From contig NC_068990.1 in assembly GCF_001194135.2 (NCBI RefSeq), positions 64,474,687 to 64,538,686 of the forward strand: DNA of 64,000 nt, read 5' to 3'. Below the pieces are notes generated by a model. That model was not told the DNA's origin. It did not search any database and saw nothing but the letters and a program-made list of their open reading frames with translations. A program made the position numbers and the translations under genes. This DNA comes from Octopus bimaculoides (lineage: Eukaryota). Of the stretch, positions 25,060-36,800 are shown piece by piece. Position 1 is the first letter of the stretch; the number at the start of each line of letters is the position of its first letter.

Positions 25060-27539
25060 ATTTTTAATTTCAACAGCTTAAAATATACCAGAGGAAACAG
25101 ATAATGCAAAACCATTAGAATAGAATAAAATAGGCACTTCAAAATAATATATTACTTGAACATAGGCAAATAAAAATTTATTCTAAAATAAGCATCAATG
25201 TTTAACAAAAAGCACAATTATTTTTACACCAACTTTATGACAATGTATGTATATATTTGTGTGTGTGTGTGTGTGTGTGTGCACATGTACATACATGCGT
25301 GCGTCATTGGTTGAATTGTAAGGAAGTTTCCATAATTGGACAGCATCACTTCATTGCACAGAGAGGCTGTTGGCACTGTGAGCTCGCAAAGAGGGAGAAA
25401 ATTTTAACAGAAGCCCTGGATGTTTAGATGAGTCGTGATTTTTCTTAGAAACAATGTTTAAGCCTTGTATGATAATTATACTTTAAACAGTTTTTTTAAA
25501 TGTCTTTCTTGGTGTTATGTCACTGAGCAGGAAAAGTGACTGCTGTGGCAAGGTCCAATATAATTTTATTACAGAAGTTCTTATCTTCTTTAGTAAGGTC
25601 CATAAAACAATTACCATAAGATGTACTGGCCCTTGCAGCACCTACGATGAGGCATATACTGATGGAAAGCTATAAGAAAATATAGATAAGAAACTACTGT
25701 ACAAAATCTGCTTTTGGTTAATCAAAATAATCTGCAATTTCTTTTCAAAGCATAAGATATGAGTTTGTAAAACCATTCCATGAAAGAGGATACTGAGCTA
25801 CGAAAGGTTGAGAGCTGCTGTGCTATACCATAGGGAAGTTGATGTAGATTTGCAGTGAGCCAAAAGGGGGAGGTTGCTTTGCAGCTTGACCTACTACAAA
25901 TAACAATCCAACATCCCTCAAATCATACCATACTGCCCAGAGAACAAAAAATAGACTCATTGAATAATGTGAATATTTTTTCGTATTTGAAAATATGTTG
26001 TATTTGAAAATAAGATGCAATGGTCACATTTTGACCAGCTTTTGGTCAAAATGGTCAGAGGAGGCCTGTGGTTTAATGTGCTAAAGCATACTGAGATATT
26101 AATGAGGGTTGTGATGGAAAAGAATTAATGTTCTAACATCTGGTCAGTAACCACATTATATAGCCTCAGGGTTAAAAAAAAAGAAGAAATTTGTATGTGT
26201 GTGTGTGTATATATTGTATATGTGTTTGTAGGACATTGTTTGCTTATATGTACATATGTGTTTCTTAATAATCTCTACATTCTCATGCGTTATTAATGCA
26301 CTAACAGTGAGAAGCAACTAGGTGTAAAAAAAAAAATGTACTATTTGCTTGATAATATTGATGTAATGTCTTTTTGTCTTTTTGTCTTCTTTTTACAAAG
26401 CTCCACACACATACATACTTAGGTAACCACAAAGTCTTATATTTATAGTGAGGGAAATAAAAAGTTGTAAAGCTGCCCCCCCCCCCCNNNNNNNNNNNNN
26501 NNNNNNNNNNNNNNNNNNNNNNNNNNNNNNNNNNNNNNNNNNNNNNNNNNNNNNNNNNNNNNNNNNNNNNNNNNNNNNNNNNNNNNNNNNNNNNCCCCCC
26601 CATACACACACACACACACACACACATACAAATTCACTTGTACTATGTACTGTAATGTCAAAAAACATTGAAGGTTCACTATAACATATAGCAAATGATG
26701 AATTAATTCTGCATCTGAAAACTTATTTACTCATGCTGTAACAAAATTTAGGAATTACTAGTGTGTATAGAACAATTGAAAGAATACGATTTTTAGTTCA
26801 GTTTTTCAAGTTTTTTTTTTCTTGTATTTCGTTGATGTTTTTGTTGCTGTTAAGCTCATAACATTGTAATTGTCTGAGATAGAAGAAGCCAAAGACTGAC
26901 AGTTGTTTACAAGTTGCAACAAGAGGACATGATTCTCAGCCTTTGTTGACCAGAAAGAAATACTGAATACATTTTCATATAATATCTAGTAAACTTTGAG
27001 AAATGTTTTCCACTGGGTGCATTATTTCATTTTGCTGTGTTTTTCTTTTTCTACTTCATGGAATTTGGAAATGTGTGTCATATGAACTTTGGTTTCTTCT
27101 AGTAACACACACAGAATCAATCATTTAAAAATGTGCCTTATTCCTCCAGATAAATTAATAGTTCTGGTGGAAAGCAACAAAAGTTAAGAAGACTCTGTAG
27201 TAAGAGAGAGAGTAGATGGGGCTGAATGGTTTTTTCAGTGAAGACTAGTTTGTGTATTAAGTGGTAACAAATAATTATGTAAATAGGGAGTAAAAGATGT
27301 AGAACTTGATATGCAGCAGTGTTTTATACAACTAGGTATAAAATCACAGTTTGTATCATTATCTCTGTGCCAACAGACAACTTTGAGGTAAAATTTACAC
27401 ATCCGTGTGTGTTTTTTCTTTCTTCTATTTCTGGTTTCTTCATTATTAGAGGTCTTTCTTGTCCTGGTGTTTGTTTTTATTTTTATTTTGAAGTTTTCTT
27501 TAGTTGTTCTTGGGTGTTTCGCTTTTGTTTTTCTTTCTT

Positions 27540-28826
27540 CTTGTCAGTTGAAAAGTACATAGGCTGTCCAAGACATTCATGGAATGTGACCAAATGAGGT
27601 TTAGTTTTCAGCATAGCCCCCCCCCCCTCTGCAGTTCACACACTTCTTACATCAGTGTTGCAGTGCTTGGATCCCATTGGTGAAGAAGCTTTCATCTTGT
27701 TGGTCAAAAAAGTCATCATCAGCATATATGACATCATTATCATTGCAATATTGCTTCTCAACCAAGTTTTTTTTTTTTTCATGTTGTAGAACAGATGATA
27801 GTCAGGTGGGACCAAATCATGAGAATAGGGAGGTTAAGCAACCAGTTCAAAGCCACAGTCACACACACCAGTCATTGAAACCAAAAGCTTCTGTGCTGGA
27901 TCATTGTCCTCATGAAACAAGACCCCTTTCATCAGTTTTCCTGGGCACTTGGTCTTAATAGCCTTTGTAAGTGCCTCAGCAAGTTGGCATAGTACTCTCC
28001 ATTGATGGTGTGGCCCTTTTGAAAATAGTCAATAAACACAAAGCCTTTTACATTCCAGAAAACTGAGGCTGTCACCTTCCCTGCAGATGAAACAACCCTG
28101 GCCTTCTTTGGAGCAGGTGAAGAGGGGTGTTTCTACTGCATTGATTGTCTCTTTGTCTTTGCATCTGGCTCAAAGTGATGAATCCAACACACATCCTAGG
28201 TTAGGAAGCCAGCTATATCTGCCTCAGACAATGTCAGATTCTGTTGTGATGTGAGCAGCCTTGTGCACTTTTGATCAGCTGTCAGACAACATGACACCCA
28301 CCAAGCAAAAGAAACCTTCATCATGCCAAAATTGCTGTGCAGAATATTCTTAACTTTCTCACAGGTTATGCTAATAGTATTGGCTATTTGATTAATAGTC
28401 TGTCAGCCATCATATGGTGAACATGGTCAGTGGTTTCCTCAGCGGTGACAGTTGCATGACATCCTGACCTTGGGTCATCTTCAAGAGTCTCCCTTCCCCT
28501 CCTAAATTCAATTGCCCACTTTTACATTGTTGATAAAGTTGGAACATCATCCCCTAATGTAGCAACCATGTTAGCATGAATGTCCTAGGGGCTAAACCTT
28601 TTTACTGCAGGTATTCAAGAACATGACATTCGCAAATTTTGTCCATTTTCAAGAGAAATTGCTACTAGTTACTTTTGAAGTGTTCTTTGAGCAGTTAGAT
28701 GACAATTTATTTCAAAAGGAACAATGCAGTTATTAACAAGAAGAGCTGAAATTAATGCATGCAAGATTTCACAGCTCTAGCATTACTACTTCATAGTCGG
28801 TCTATGAACTTTTCAGCACACCCTCG
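27540..28826 (-). mobile_element. Decayed mariner element, near full length
   Basis: Minus-strand ATG at 28646 (MDK..). Remnants LEDDPRSG, KKARVVSSAGKVTASVFWNVKGFVFIDYFQKGHTINGEYYANLLRHL and DFFDQQDESFFTNGIQALQH. TIR cgagggtgtgctgaaaagttc at the 28826 end and a degenerate copy near 27540-27570. Confidence 0.85.
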
Positions 28827-31308
28827 TGTGTGTTTGTGTGTGTGTGTGCATGCATGAGTGCAGTGTAGGTGCATACCACATCCCCATGCTTTCTCGCGTA
28901 CCCTAGCCCCACACCCTGAGCCTCACCTGTATTTTGTTCCATCATTTGCTTCAAATGCCTCTATCTTCACCCACCCAATCCAAACCTCTGTATTACCTCG
29001 CTTATCCTCACCCCCCACCCACCCCAAGAACATATCCTGACACATCTTCACCACCATCTCTCTCACTATTGCTCTCTCTAACTTACTCTCTGACTCACTT
29101 GCTCTCTTTATATTACTCTCTAACTCACCCTCTTTTCCTCTTCAATTGGAGTATTCACATATCTACTCTACAGCAAGACACTTATTCCTGCCCCTCTATA
29201 CTTTTAATCTCTCATCAACTAGCACAAAGCCACCGCCCCATCAATACTCCTGTCCACTCCCAACTGAGGGAGTTTTTGTCCTACAAGTTATTTGGCGAGC
29301 CTATTGGTGTTGGTGCCATGTAATAAGTACTGGTGCTGGTGTCACATAAAAAGCACCCAGTACATTCTGTAAAGAGATTGGTGTTAGAAAGGAATTCCAG
29401 TCATAGAAAATATGCCAAAACAGACTATAGAGCCCAGTGCAGATGACAGCCTTACCAGCTCCTGCCAAACTTTCCAACCCATGTCAGCATGGACACAGAC
29501 ATGAATTGATGATGATGTCTTTAGATTATTGAGGCTCAATGAGTTGAAAGAAAATTATTTGTAAAATATGTAAAACTTGCTTTTTAGAGTGATCATCCAA
29601 AGGAAGAGGACAAGACTCTTTTTGATACACAAAGTAAAGTTACCATTGTCAGTCAGGATTGCACTGTAAGAAGAGATTCTATGCAGTTGGTGAGACAGTA
29701 GACTATTGGGGTTTTTATTGGTAACAAGATTCTTTGTTGAATATTGACGGATAACCAAGCTATCCAAGGTGGAGATTACCATTAGACAAGGATTATATCC
29801 ATGATTTGAGGCCCATGAAACAGCATGTAACATGGTTTTAGAACGAACTCTATCAAAATTGTTTATTTTTATTTGAATTTAGGGTTATTTGGTATTATCT
29901 AGGTATCATATAGGCTGTGTTTTTAAACCTAAACATGGTGTGTATGTGTATACACATGCATATGTATGTGTGTGTAGAGAGAGAGAGGGTAGTTTTTAGA
30001 TCTAAATATAGTGAAAGTTGTGGTCAGTATTGAAATGTAGTGAATAAATGTTTACTCATGCTGTAAATTTACAAATAAGAATAGCACATGTAGTGCAGTG
30101 AATTTTGATGTAAATCATACAAACATACAATCTCTCTTTCTCTCTCAAAATACTTTGGAAGTACTATAGGCTGTGAACTGTATAATATTGACTTGTTCTG
30201 TTTGTAAGGTTTTTGCTAAACCATCTGTATAAGGTTTGTAATGTGCCTTGATACAATTACTATCTAAATAAACTTTGGGAATATCATTTTTGGCAACTTG
30301 ATATTTTGTATCTCTTTTGTCCTTCCCTTTCTTGTTTGTATGGCAGTGTTGATGTTTGCCATTGAATAGTGCTTTCAGTTTGAAGAAATCTATGTTGTTA
30401 TCGCAAACAATTGCATCAGAGAGACTATATTCAAAGTCTCTCTCAAGTGTGGGTGTATATTTGTATCATTGTGTGAATGATTGTGCAATGTTATTCCTTA
30501 ATGACAGTTTATTGTTGATTGTTGTGGTAGTTGTTTCCAAGAATAATCCTCGTGGGTGTGCTGCTTGTTATTACTAAATTTAGTGATAGGCAGCAGTTGT
30601 GGAAAATTGCTTTCAACAAAGGTTTATCTGTAAATATCATAGAATCAGCATCACACTAGAAATGGTCCTATAATATTAGATCACAATAGCTTTTTCACAT
30701 ATATAATCCTTTACTAGATAATTCGATCTGTTCTATCTTTGCCTATAATTTTCTGACTGACTACATTGAAATGATTGTCTGCTTCAAAAGTATGCAATAT
30801 ATTGTATGAAACCCAACGTTTCTTCAATTATACATCTCAAATTCAATTGGTTGTTTTACAAGACATTGAAAATAAACTAAGAAAATAAAATAAAAAAAGA
30901 TTTTTATTATATATGCCAGCATCTGTGTATAAATACATACATTAATTTATATATATATATACACACACATATATATAGGATATACTTTTTGTAATGAGAT
31001 AAAAAACCAAGGCCGTGTATAATATAGAACATTTATAAATCGAATGTCTTACAGCTGTTTCCAGGATATTTATTATATCCCTTCATTGGAGACGGTGTGA
31101 GAGGATGATTAAACAATAGTTAGTTTAGTTAAGATAGGAAATATTGAGTGAATGTAGGGATATTGTATTTGTAAATCCATTGTTTAGGTAGAATGGTATA
31201 CATATAAGATTCCAATACCTTGTGAGTAAAATCCAATAGTCTTTAAGATTGGTCATTGCATTTGTAAATATATACACACACACACACATATATATGTATA
31301 TATACACA

Positions 31309-32148
31309 AAGAGGTATCCAAAAGTAACTAGAAACATTCTCTGTGGGACAAGCCCATTGTAGTTTGCACTTCCACTGCTAGAAGCCCCTTTATGCAACCC
31401 TCAGGCTTCAGTCTGCCGACCAGTGGCATCGGGTGAAGTCATACTGCTACGTGGTGCATCATCGTTTTGCAGTGCTTCTTCCCAGTTCATCAATTTTCGA
31501 GACAGCTGAAATGAAGGAACAGCGTGCTTCTGTGGAATTCTGTTTTCTGCTGGAGAAAATGGAGACCGAAATAGTTGTCAGGCTTCAAACAGATTACAAG
31601 GACACTGCCATGAACGAAACACAAATTTGTGAGTGGTTTTCACTTGTTGCTTGAAGACCAACCATGTTCAGGGTCACCAGTGACCTCCTGAATGAATGAA
31701 AACATCATGAAAATTCATGAACTGATCTTGGAGGACTGAACAATTAACAAACTTGTTGATATGATTGGTGTGTCCTGGAGCTCCTGCCAATGAATTTTGA
31801 GTGAGGAATTGTGAATGAAAATAGTTGCAGCAAAATTTGTGCCTTGCTTGTTCATAGAAGATCAAAATCAGTCACGATTGAATGCACTTTCGAAGATCAT
31901 CACTGGTGATGAAAGCTGGTGCTATGGAATTTGCAGATGTGGAAGAGGTGAAGGAAAAAAACGATGGTGGCATTAAAAGGCATCACTTCTCAAAATCTTG
32001 AGCACTGCTTCAAACAGTGGAAAATGCATCTGGGCCGAAGCATTGCTTCAAATAGAGAATACTTTGAAGGCAATAAAAATGTAAACATGTAAAACTAAGT
32101 GAATAAAATAACATTGCAAAATACCAGTTTCTTTCGGGTACCCTCTCT
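31309..32148 (+). mobile_element. Internally deleted mariner element (irritans/Hsmar2-like)
   Basis: MKEQRASVEFCFLLEKMETEIVVRLQTDYKDTAMNETQICEWFS, KFVP and IITGDESWCYG, joined directly to the C-terminal FADVEEVKEKT..LKGIT..CFKQWK. Degenerate TIRs gaggtatccaaaagtaact and ccagtttctttcgggtaccctc. Confidence 0.8.
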
Positions 32149-32509
32149 TATATATATTCACACACACACACTGCTTCCTTTTTCAGCTGTCCACTTATGT
32201 TTGTTGGTATTTCAGAGCTTCCATTAGTTCCCTCTGTTAGGTCATCTGCCTAATTGTCAGTCTGTCTGTCCTTCTGGCCATTACTTGCTTCATCAGTATG
32301 CTAGTTAATCTGTCTGAACATCTGTCTGTTTGCCTATCTATCTTCAGTTCATCTACTTGTCTATCTTCAGTCCATCTGTCCATTTGCCTGTTTATTCATT
32401 AAACCATTATTTCTCCTCCACTTATATCACTTGTTTGTCTGATAGCATCTCTTTTCCTCCTAATGCACATCTACTGTTCAATTTGTTATTTACTTTAACC
32501 TATCTCCAA

Positions 32510-32604
32510 GTATTGTGGAGAAGAATCCAAAAAAATTCAAAATCACTGATGAGGAATTGCGAGAGAGAAGAGGCTTCATAGAGAAGACGAAGCAGGTGGT
32601 GAGG
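32510..32604 (+). CDS. STX6: Syntaxin-6 coding exon 3
   Basis: 95 nt. Completes G|GT then IVEKNPKKFKITDEELRERRGFIEKTKQVVR (compare STX6 IVEANPRKF...EL..RK.FI..TRQVVR). Donor GTAAGT at 32605. The exact 5' boundary depends on the AT-AA interpretation; the alternative start is 32511. Confidence 0.93.
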
Positions 32605-33597
32605 GTAAGTATCTTATTTGCCTTTCCTTATTCTATTGTCTGCTTCATTTGGTTTCTAACTTACTTTTTTTACTATCTCTTTTTTCTCTTGCTTTTCCTT
32701 GTCACATTTATCCAGTCTCTTCTCTGTTTGTTATAATTACACTTCATTGCACTACAGTCTGGTGAATGACCTTTCATTGATCTCGCTTGTGCAGATGATA
32801 ATGATGATGATATTTATATATATGCATGTGTGTATGCAAATATATTTTATATATGTGTGTTTGTGTCTGTTTGTATATGCACATATATATATATTTATAA
32901 ATGTCTATATATGCAAATACACACACAGAGAAACACATAAATATGTACACCCATATGTATCCTTTACCAGTAAGTTTTGGTTGAGGTCACAGATAAAGTG
33001 GCAATGTGGACTTACTTGAAGCATAACAGTTCTTGTTTTATAATCATGTTTGTCCCAGTATGTGCACACATGCACACACACACATGCATATACATGTAGA
33101 CATATATAAATAAACCATATTCACCCCAAAAACTCGATAATAAACTGCCACTTTTATTTTCAAAATTCTTCTGGGGCTGCAATTAATATGTTGATGTTAT
33201 ATATATATATATATAATGATTTGTTTTTGATAAGATGAGTCTCTGGTTTGCATATGGAATTATCCCATAAAAAAACATGGCTGTATGGTTAAGAATCCAC
33301 TCTGTTGGCATGTGGTGTCAGGTTTGATTCTACTGCATGTCACCTTAAGCTAGTATCTTCTAGCATAGCTTTGACTTGATCAATGCTCTGTGAATGGAAT
33401 TTGGAAGAGAGAAACTGCAAAAAGAGCTACAATGTATATGTATATTTATGTATGCATATATCGTTTGCTGATCACCTGTATATACGTGTGTATGTAAAAA
33501 TATTTTAAGTATTTGCTTTTACTAAGTTAGTCATTACCTTGACACTCTTGCTGGCAGTTAACTAATAAATGACCAATAATAATAATAATAATAATAA

Positions 33598-33885
33598 ATG
33601 CCCAGATGCAGTACCAGGCAGAAGAAGAAGTGGACACCAAAGAAAATGAGAAATTTTAAGACTTAACAAGAGAGATGAAGAGACTGTGTAAATCAAAAGT
33701 GACAGTCATTTTTGTGGAACTTGGGTACAACCCCCTAAGAGGCTCAAAGATATTAGAATTGAGACACATGTTGTCAACCTGCAGCGATGTGTCATCCTGT
33801 ATTCTGCAAGAATCTTAAGAAAGGCTTTTGAGATTGGAAGAGACTTCTTGTTACCAAAAACTGAAGATTATATTAAAATGCTAAT
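33598..33885 (+). mobile_element. 3' fragment of an R4/Dong-like non-LTR retrotransposon (restriction-like endonuclease C-terminus)
   Basis: Degenerate DAVPG..EVDTKENEKF*DLTREMKRLCKSKVTVIFVELG...LQRCVILYSARILRKAF, resembling the DxAVP..KE.EK..Y.DL..E..RLW..KV.V.P.V.GALG...LQK...L.TARILRK pattern. Starts directly after (AAT)n at 33575-33597. Confidence 0.6.
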
Positions 33886-36800
33886 GATTCCTGTAGTGTA
33901 AAAAATCTGTCATGTTGTGGGACGGGGATGGTAAAAGTGTGTGTGTGTGTGATAGAGACAGAGAGAGAGATTCAAGTGAATGCTGCTGGCTTATGCACAC
34001 GTACACACATATGAATGCTATTTGCATACACACATTAATTAGCAGTGTATGTTCATATGCCATTAGTGTTTGTGTGAGTGTGTATGCTCATACTTGTAGT
34101 GTTTGTTAGACTTTTTTCTTTTACTATGTATCTGAGGATTTAATGCACAAATTTTAGAGTAGGGCATTGTTGGGAAGATTAAATATCTGTCTATCTATTC
34201 TATTATCTATATAGTAATGACCATGTTCTGAACTTTCTTTGTGAAATGTATTACTGCATGTCCATGGATTCAGTTTTTCCAACAATCTATTACTAATAAC
34301 TGTATTCTGAAATTTCTTCCTAAATTGTGTAAGATGTGATGTCTTAGATATGGAATTTTTCCAACTATCTTCATATTAATAACTGTGTTCCTAACTTCTT
34401 TGTAATGAACATGTTACAGTATGTCTTCAATACGAGTGTTACCAATTATATGGTATCAAGTATTTCTTAAGTTATTGCATTAAAGAAATGGAGTTTGGTG
34501 TATTACAGTGGAAAGTGATCATAGAGCATGGCAGCAAGAATAGAATAGATAGATGCAGAGAAGGTACAGTGTAAAATTGAGGTAACAGCAAAGGAGGAGA
34601 AATAAGAATATGGAATAAAGAGAGGAAGATCAAGAACAATGAGGAACATTAACTCAGGGGGAAAGGAATGCAATCAATGCTAGAAATGGAGCTAAGTGTC
34701 ATCATATGACAAACAATGAAGCTGAAGCAAATAGGACAAAAAAGAAAATTGTTAATCAAGAAAGAAGGTGAAATATGAACGATGGTAAGAAGCAGAGATA
34801 TTTTGCACAAGCAGAATGAGGAAAACAGGTTAGAAGAGAAAACAGGATTGAAGTGAAAAGAGATTTTTTTTAGAAATTAATCAAAAGATGAATGAAATGA
34901 CAGGATATTATTGTTGAATGGGGTGAATTTTATGGCTGACACCGTAAAGTGACTAGCAAAACGATAACATAGGAGGAAGAAGACTTTTAGTCTTTCCAAG
35001 GACATGACAACCACTGTGGTGGTATCATAAGAAAACCTGGCCAGTTTATACTGCAAAGAGGTTGGATTTAGGAAGATCATCAAGCTATAGAAACCATACC
35101 AAAACTTGGGATGTATGAATGAGACCTGGTTCTCTGACTCATCTACGAGGGCAATGTCTTTAAATAAGAATTGATTTGGACTGAGACAGTCCATCCAAAT
35201 CATGCTGACATCAAAAATGTGTGTAAAAATGACAATAATAATAATCCTTTCTACTATAGGCACAAGGGGGGAGGGGACTAGTCGATTACATCGACACTGG
35301 TGTTTCACTGGTACTTAATTTATCCACCCCCAAAAGGATCGAAGGCAAAGTCAACTTTGGTGGAATTTGAACTCAGAATGTAGTGACAGGTGAAATACCA
35401 CTAAGCATTTCGTCCAGAGTACTAACGATTTATTTGAAACAATACATATAACCATCATTATCAATATCAAGAGACAGCATTTGGTTATGTGTGAAATTAT
35501 ACAATGTATGTATGGATATCTATTTACACAAAGTACACCTGCATAGTTGTGTATGTATAGGACAGTGAATTGGAGATTTGATACAGTGTAGGACAAAATG
35601 TTTTGCACTAATTGTTCTAGCTCTGTGCAATCTAAATTCAAATCTTGCCAAGATCACCTTTACCTTTCATCCTTTCAGGGTTGAAAAAAAATGTAAATCC
35701 AGGCCAGTGGTTTGGCAGGAATTCTAGAGCATCAGATGAGATGTTTTGCAGTATTTACAACAACTTGCATATTGAGTTCTTCACTGATAAACTCAATTTG
35801 TTTTTCACTTTAACACCCCTCACTAAAGACACTTAAGGATGCCTTTATTTGAGTTCCCTCTGTTGTAAATACGCAAACCTGGTTACCAATTTGAGAACAT
35901 CCTTCTTACCTCTTACTAGTCTCAGTGGCCCTGGAAATGGTCATGGGCATTGTGTAGTAAAATGAAAATGTTTTATTGATGTAGCTATTCATGTTTGTGG
36001 GTTTGAGGCAAAGCTAAGAATTATTTTCCAGTGATATTGTGTTAAGGATGTAGTGCACATTTTGTCACTCCCCACTTCAGCCATACTCAAGTTGTCCTAT
36101 GGACAAAAATATTGAATCTACCTATGAACATGCCATCTTTTTTTTCAGGTGTTGTGTACTCCACACAATATTATCCAGTGTGCCCTTTCTTTTAAGATAT
36201 TAGGATGAAGATTAAGGGAAAGTTAACTGCTTTTCCTAGCATATCAAACAGTTCATCATGGCTCCCTTCAGCAATGGCAAAATTTGCTTTACAATAAATA
36301 TAGTATTGGTGCTGATGTACATGGGATATAATGATGTTTAAAGTTTATATCTGTGTCTGTTATGTCACTGTTTGTATCTTGTCAGTTCTGTTGATGTAAA
36401 ACAGAGTATGTTACTCTATTGTCTTTGTTCCAGCTCTAATGGCAGTATGTTTTTGTAGAATGGGAATGTAATACAGAACTGGTCCCTGTTACTGTTTTAA
36501 TTTACTTGACATTTTATTTGTTATTGTGTTATTTCAATTGTTGTTTATGGTAGCTAACTTTATAAAACTGCCTTGTTGTTTTATGCATATGACAATAAAT
36601 TTTAATGTTCTTTCTTGTCTTTGATGTTCCTTCTGTTACGATTATGGTGCAGTGTAGATGTGGGATAGAGATGTCTGTTGGCATAGCAACAGATGTGTAT
36701 TACCTTGATGGTGATGACGACAATTATGTAAAACACAGTAAAATTAAATATTTTTTTCTAAGACACAATGTCTGTATTGGGATTTGAAACACAAATTAAA

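Larger units (their letters stand above)
8088..32509 (+). other. STX6: STX6 intron 2, U12-type (minor spliceosome), AT-AA termini
   Basis: 5' site ATATCCTTT at 8088-8096 (U12 consensus RTATCCTTT). Branch-like TACTTTAAC at 32491-32499 (consensus TTCCTTAAC). From this donor, only a 3' end at 32509 (..CTCCAA|GT) keeps the conserved frame. Confidence 0.85.
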
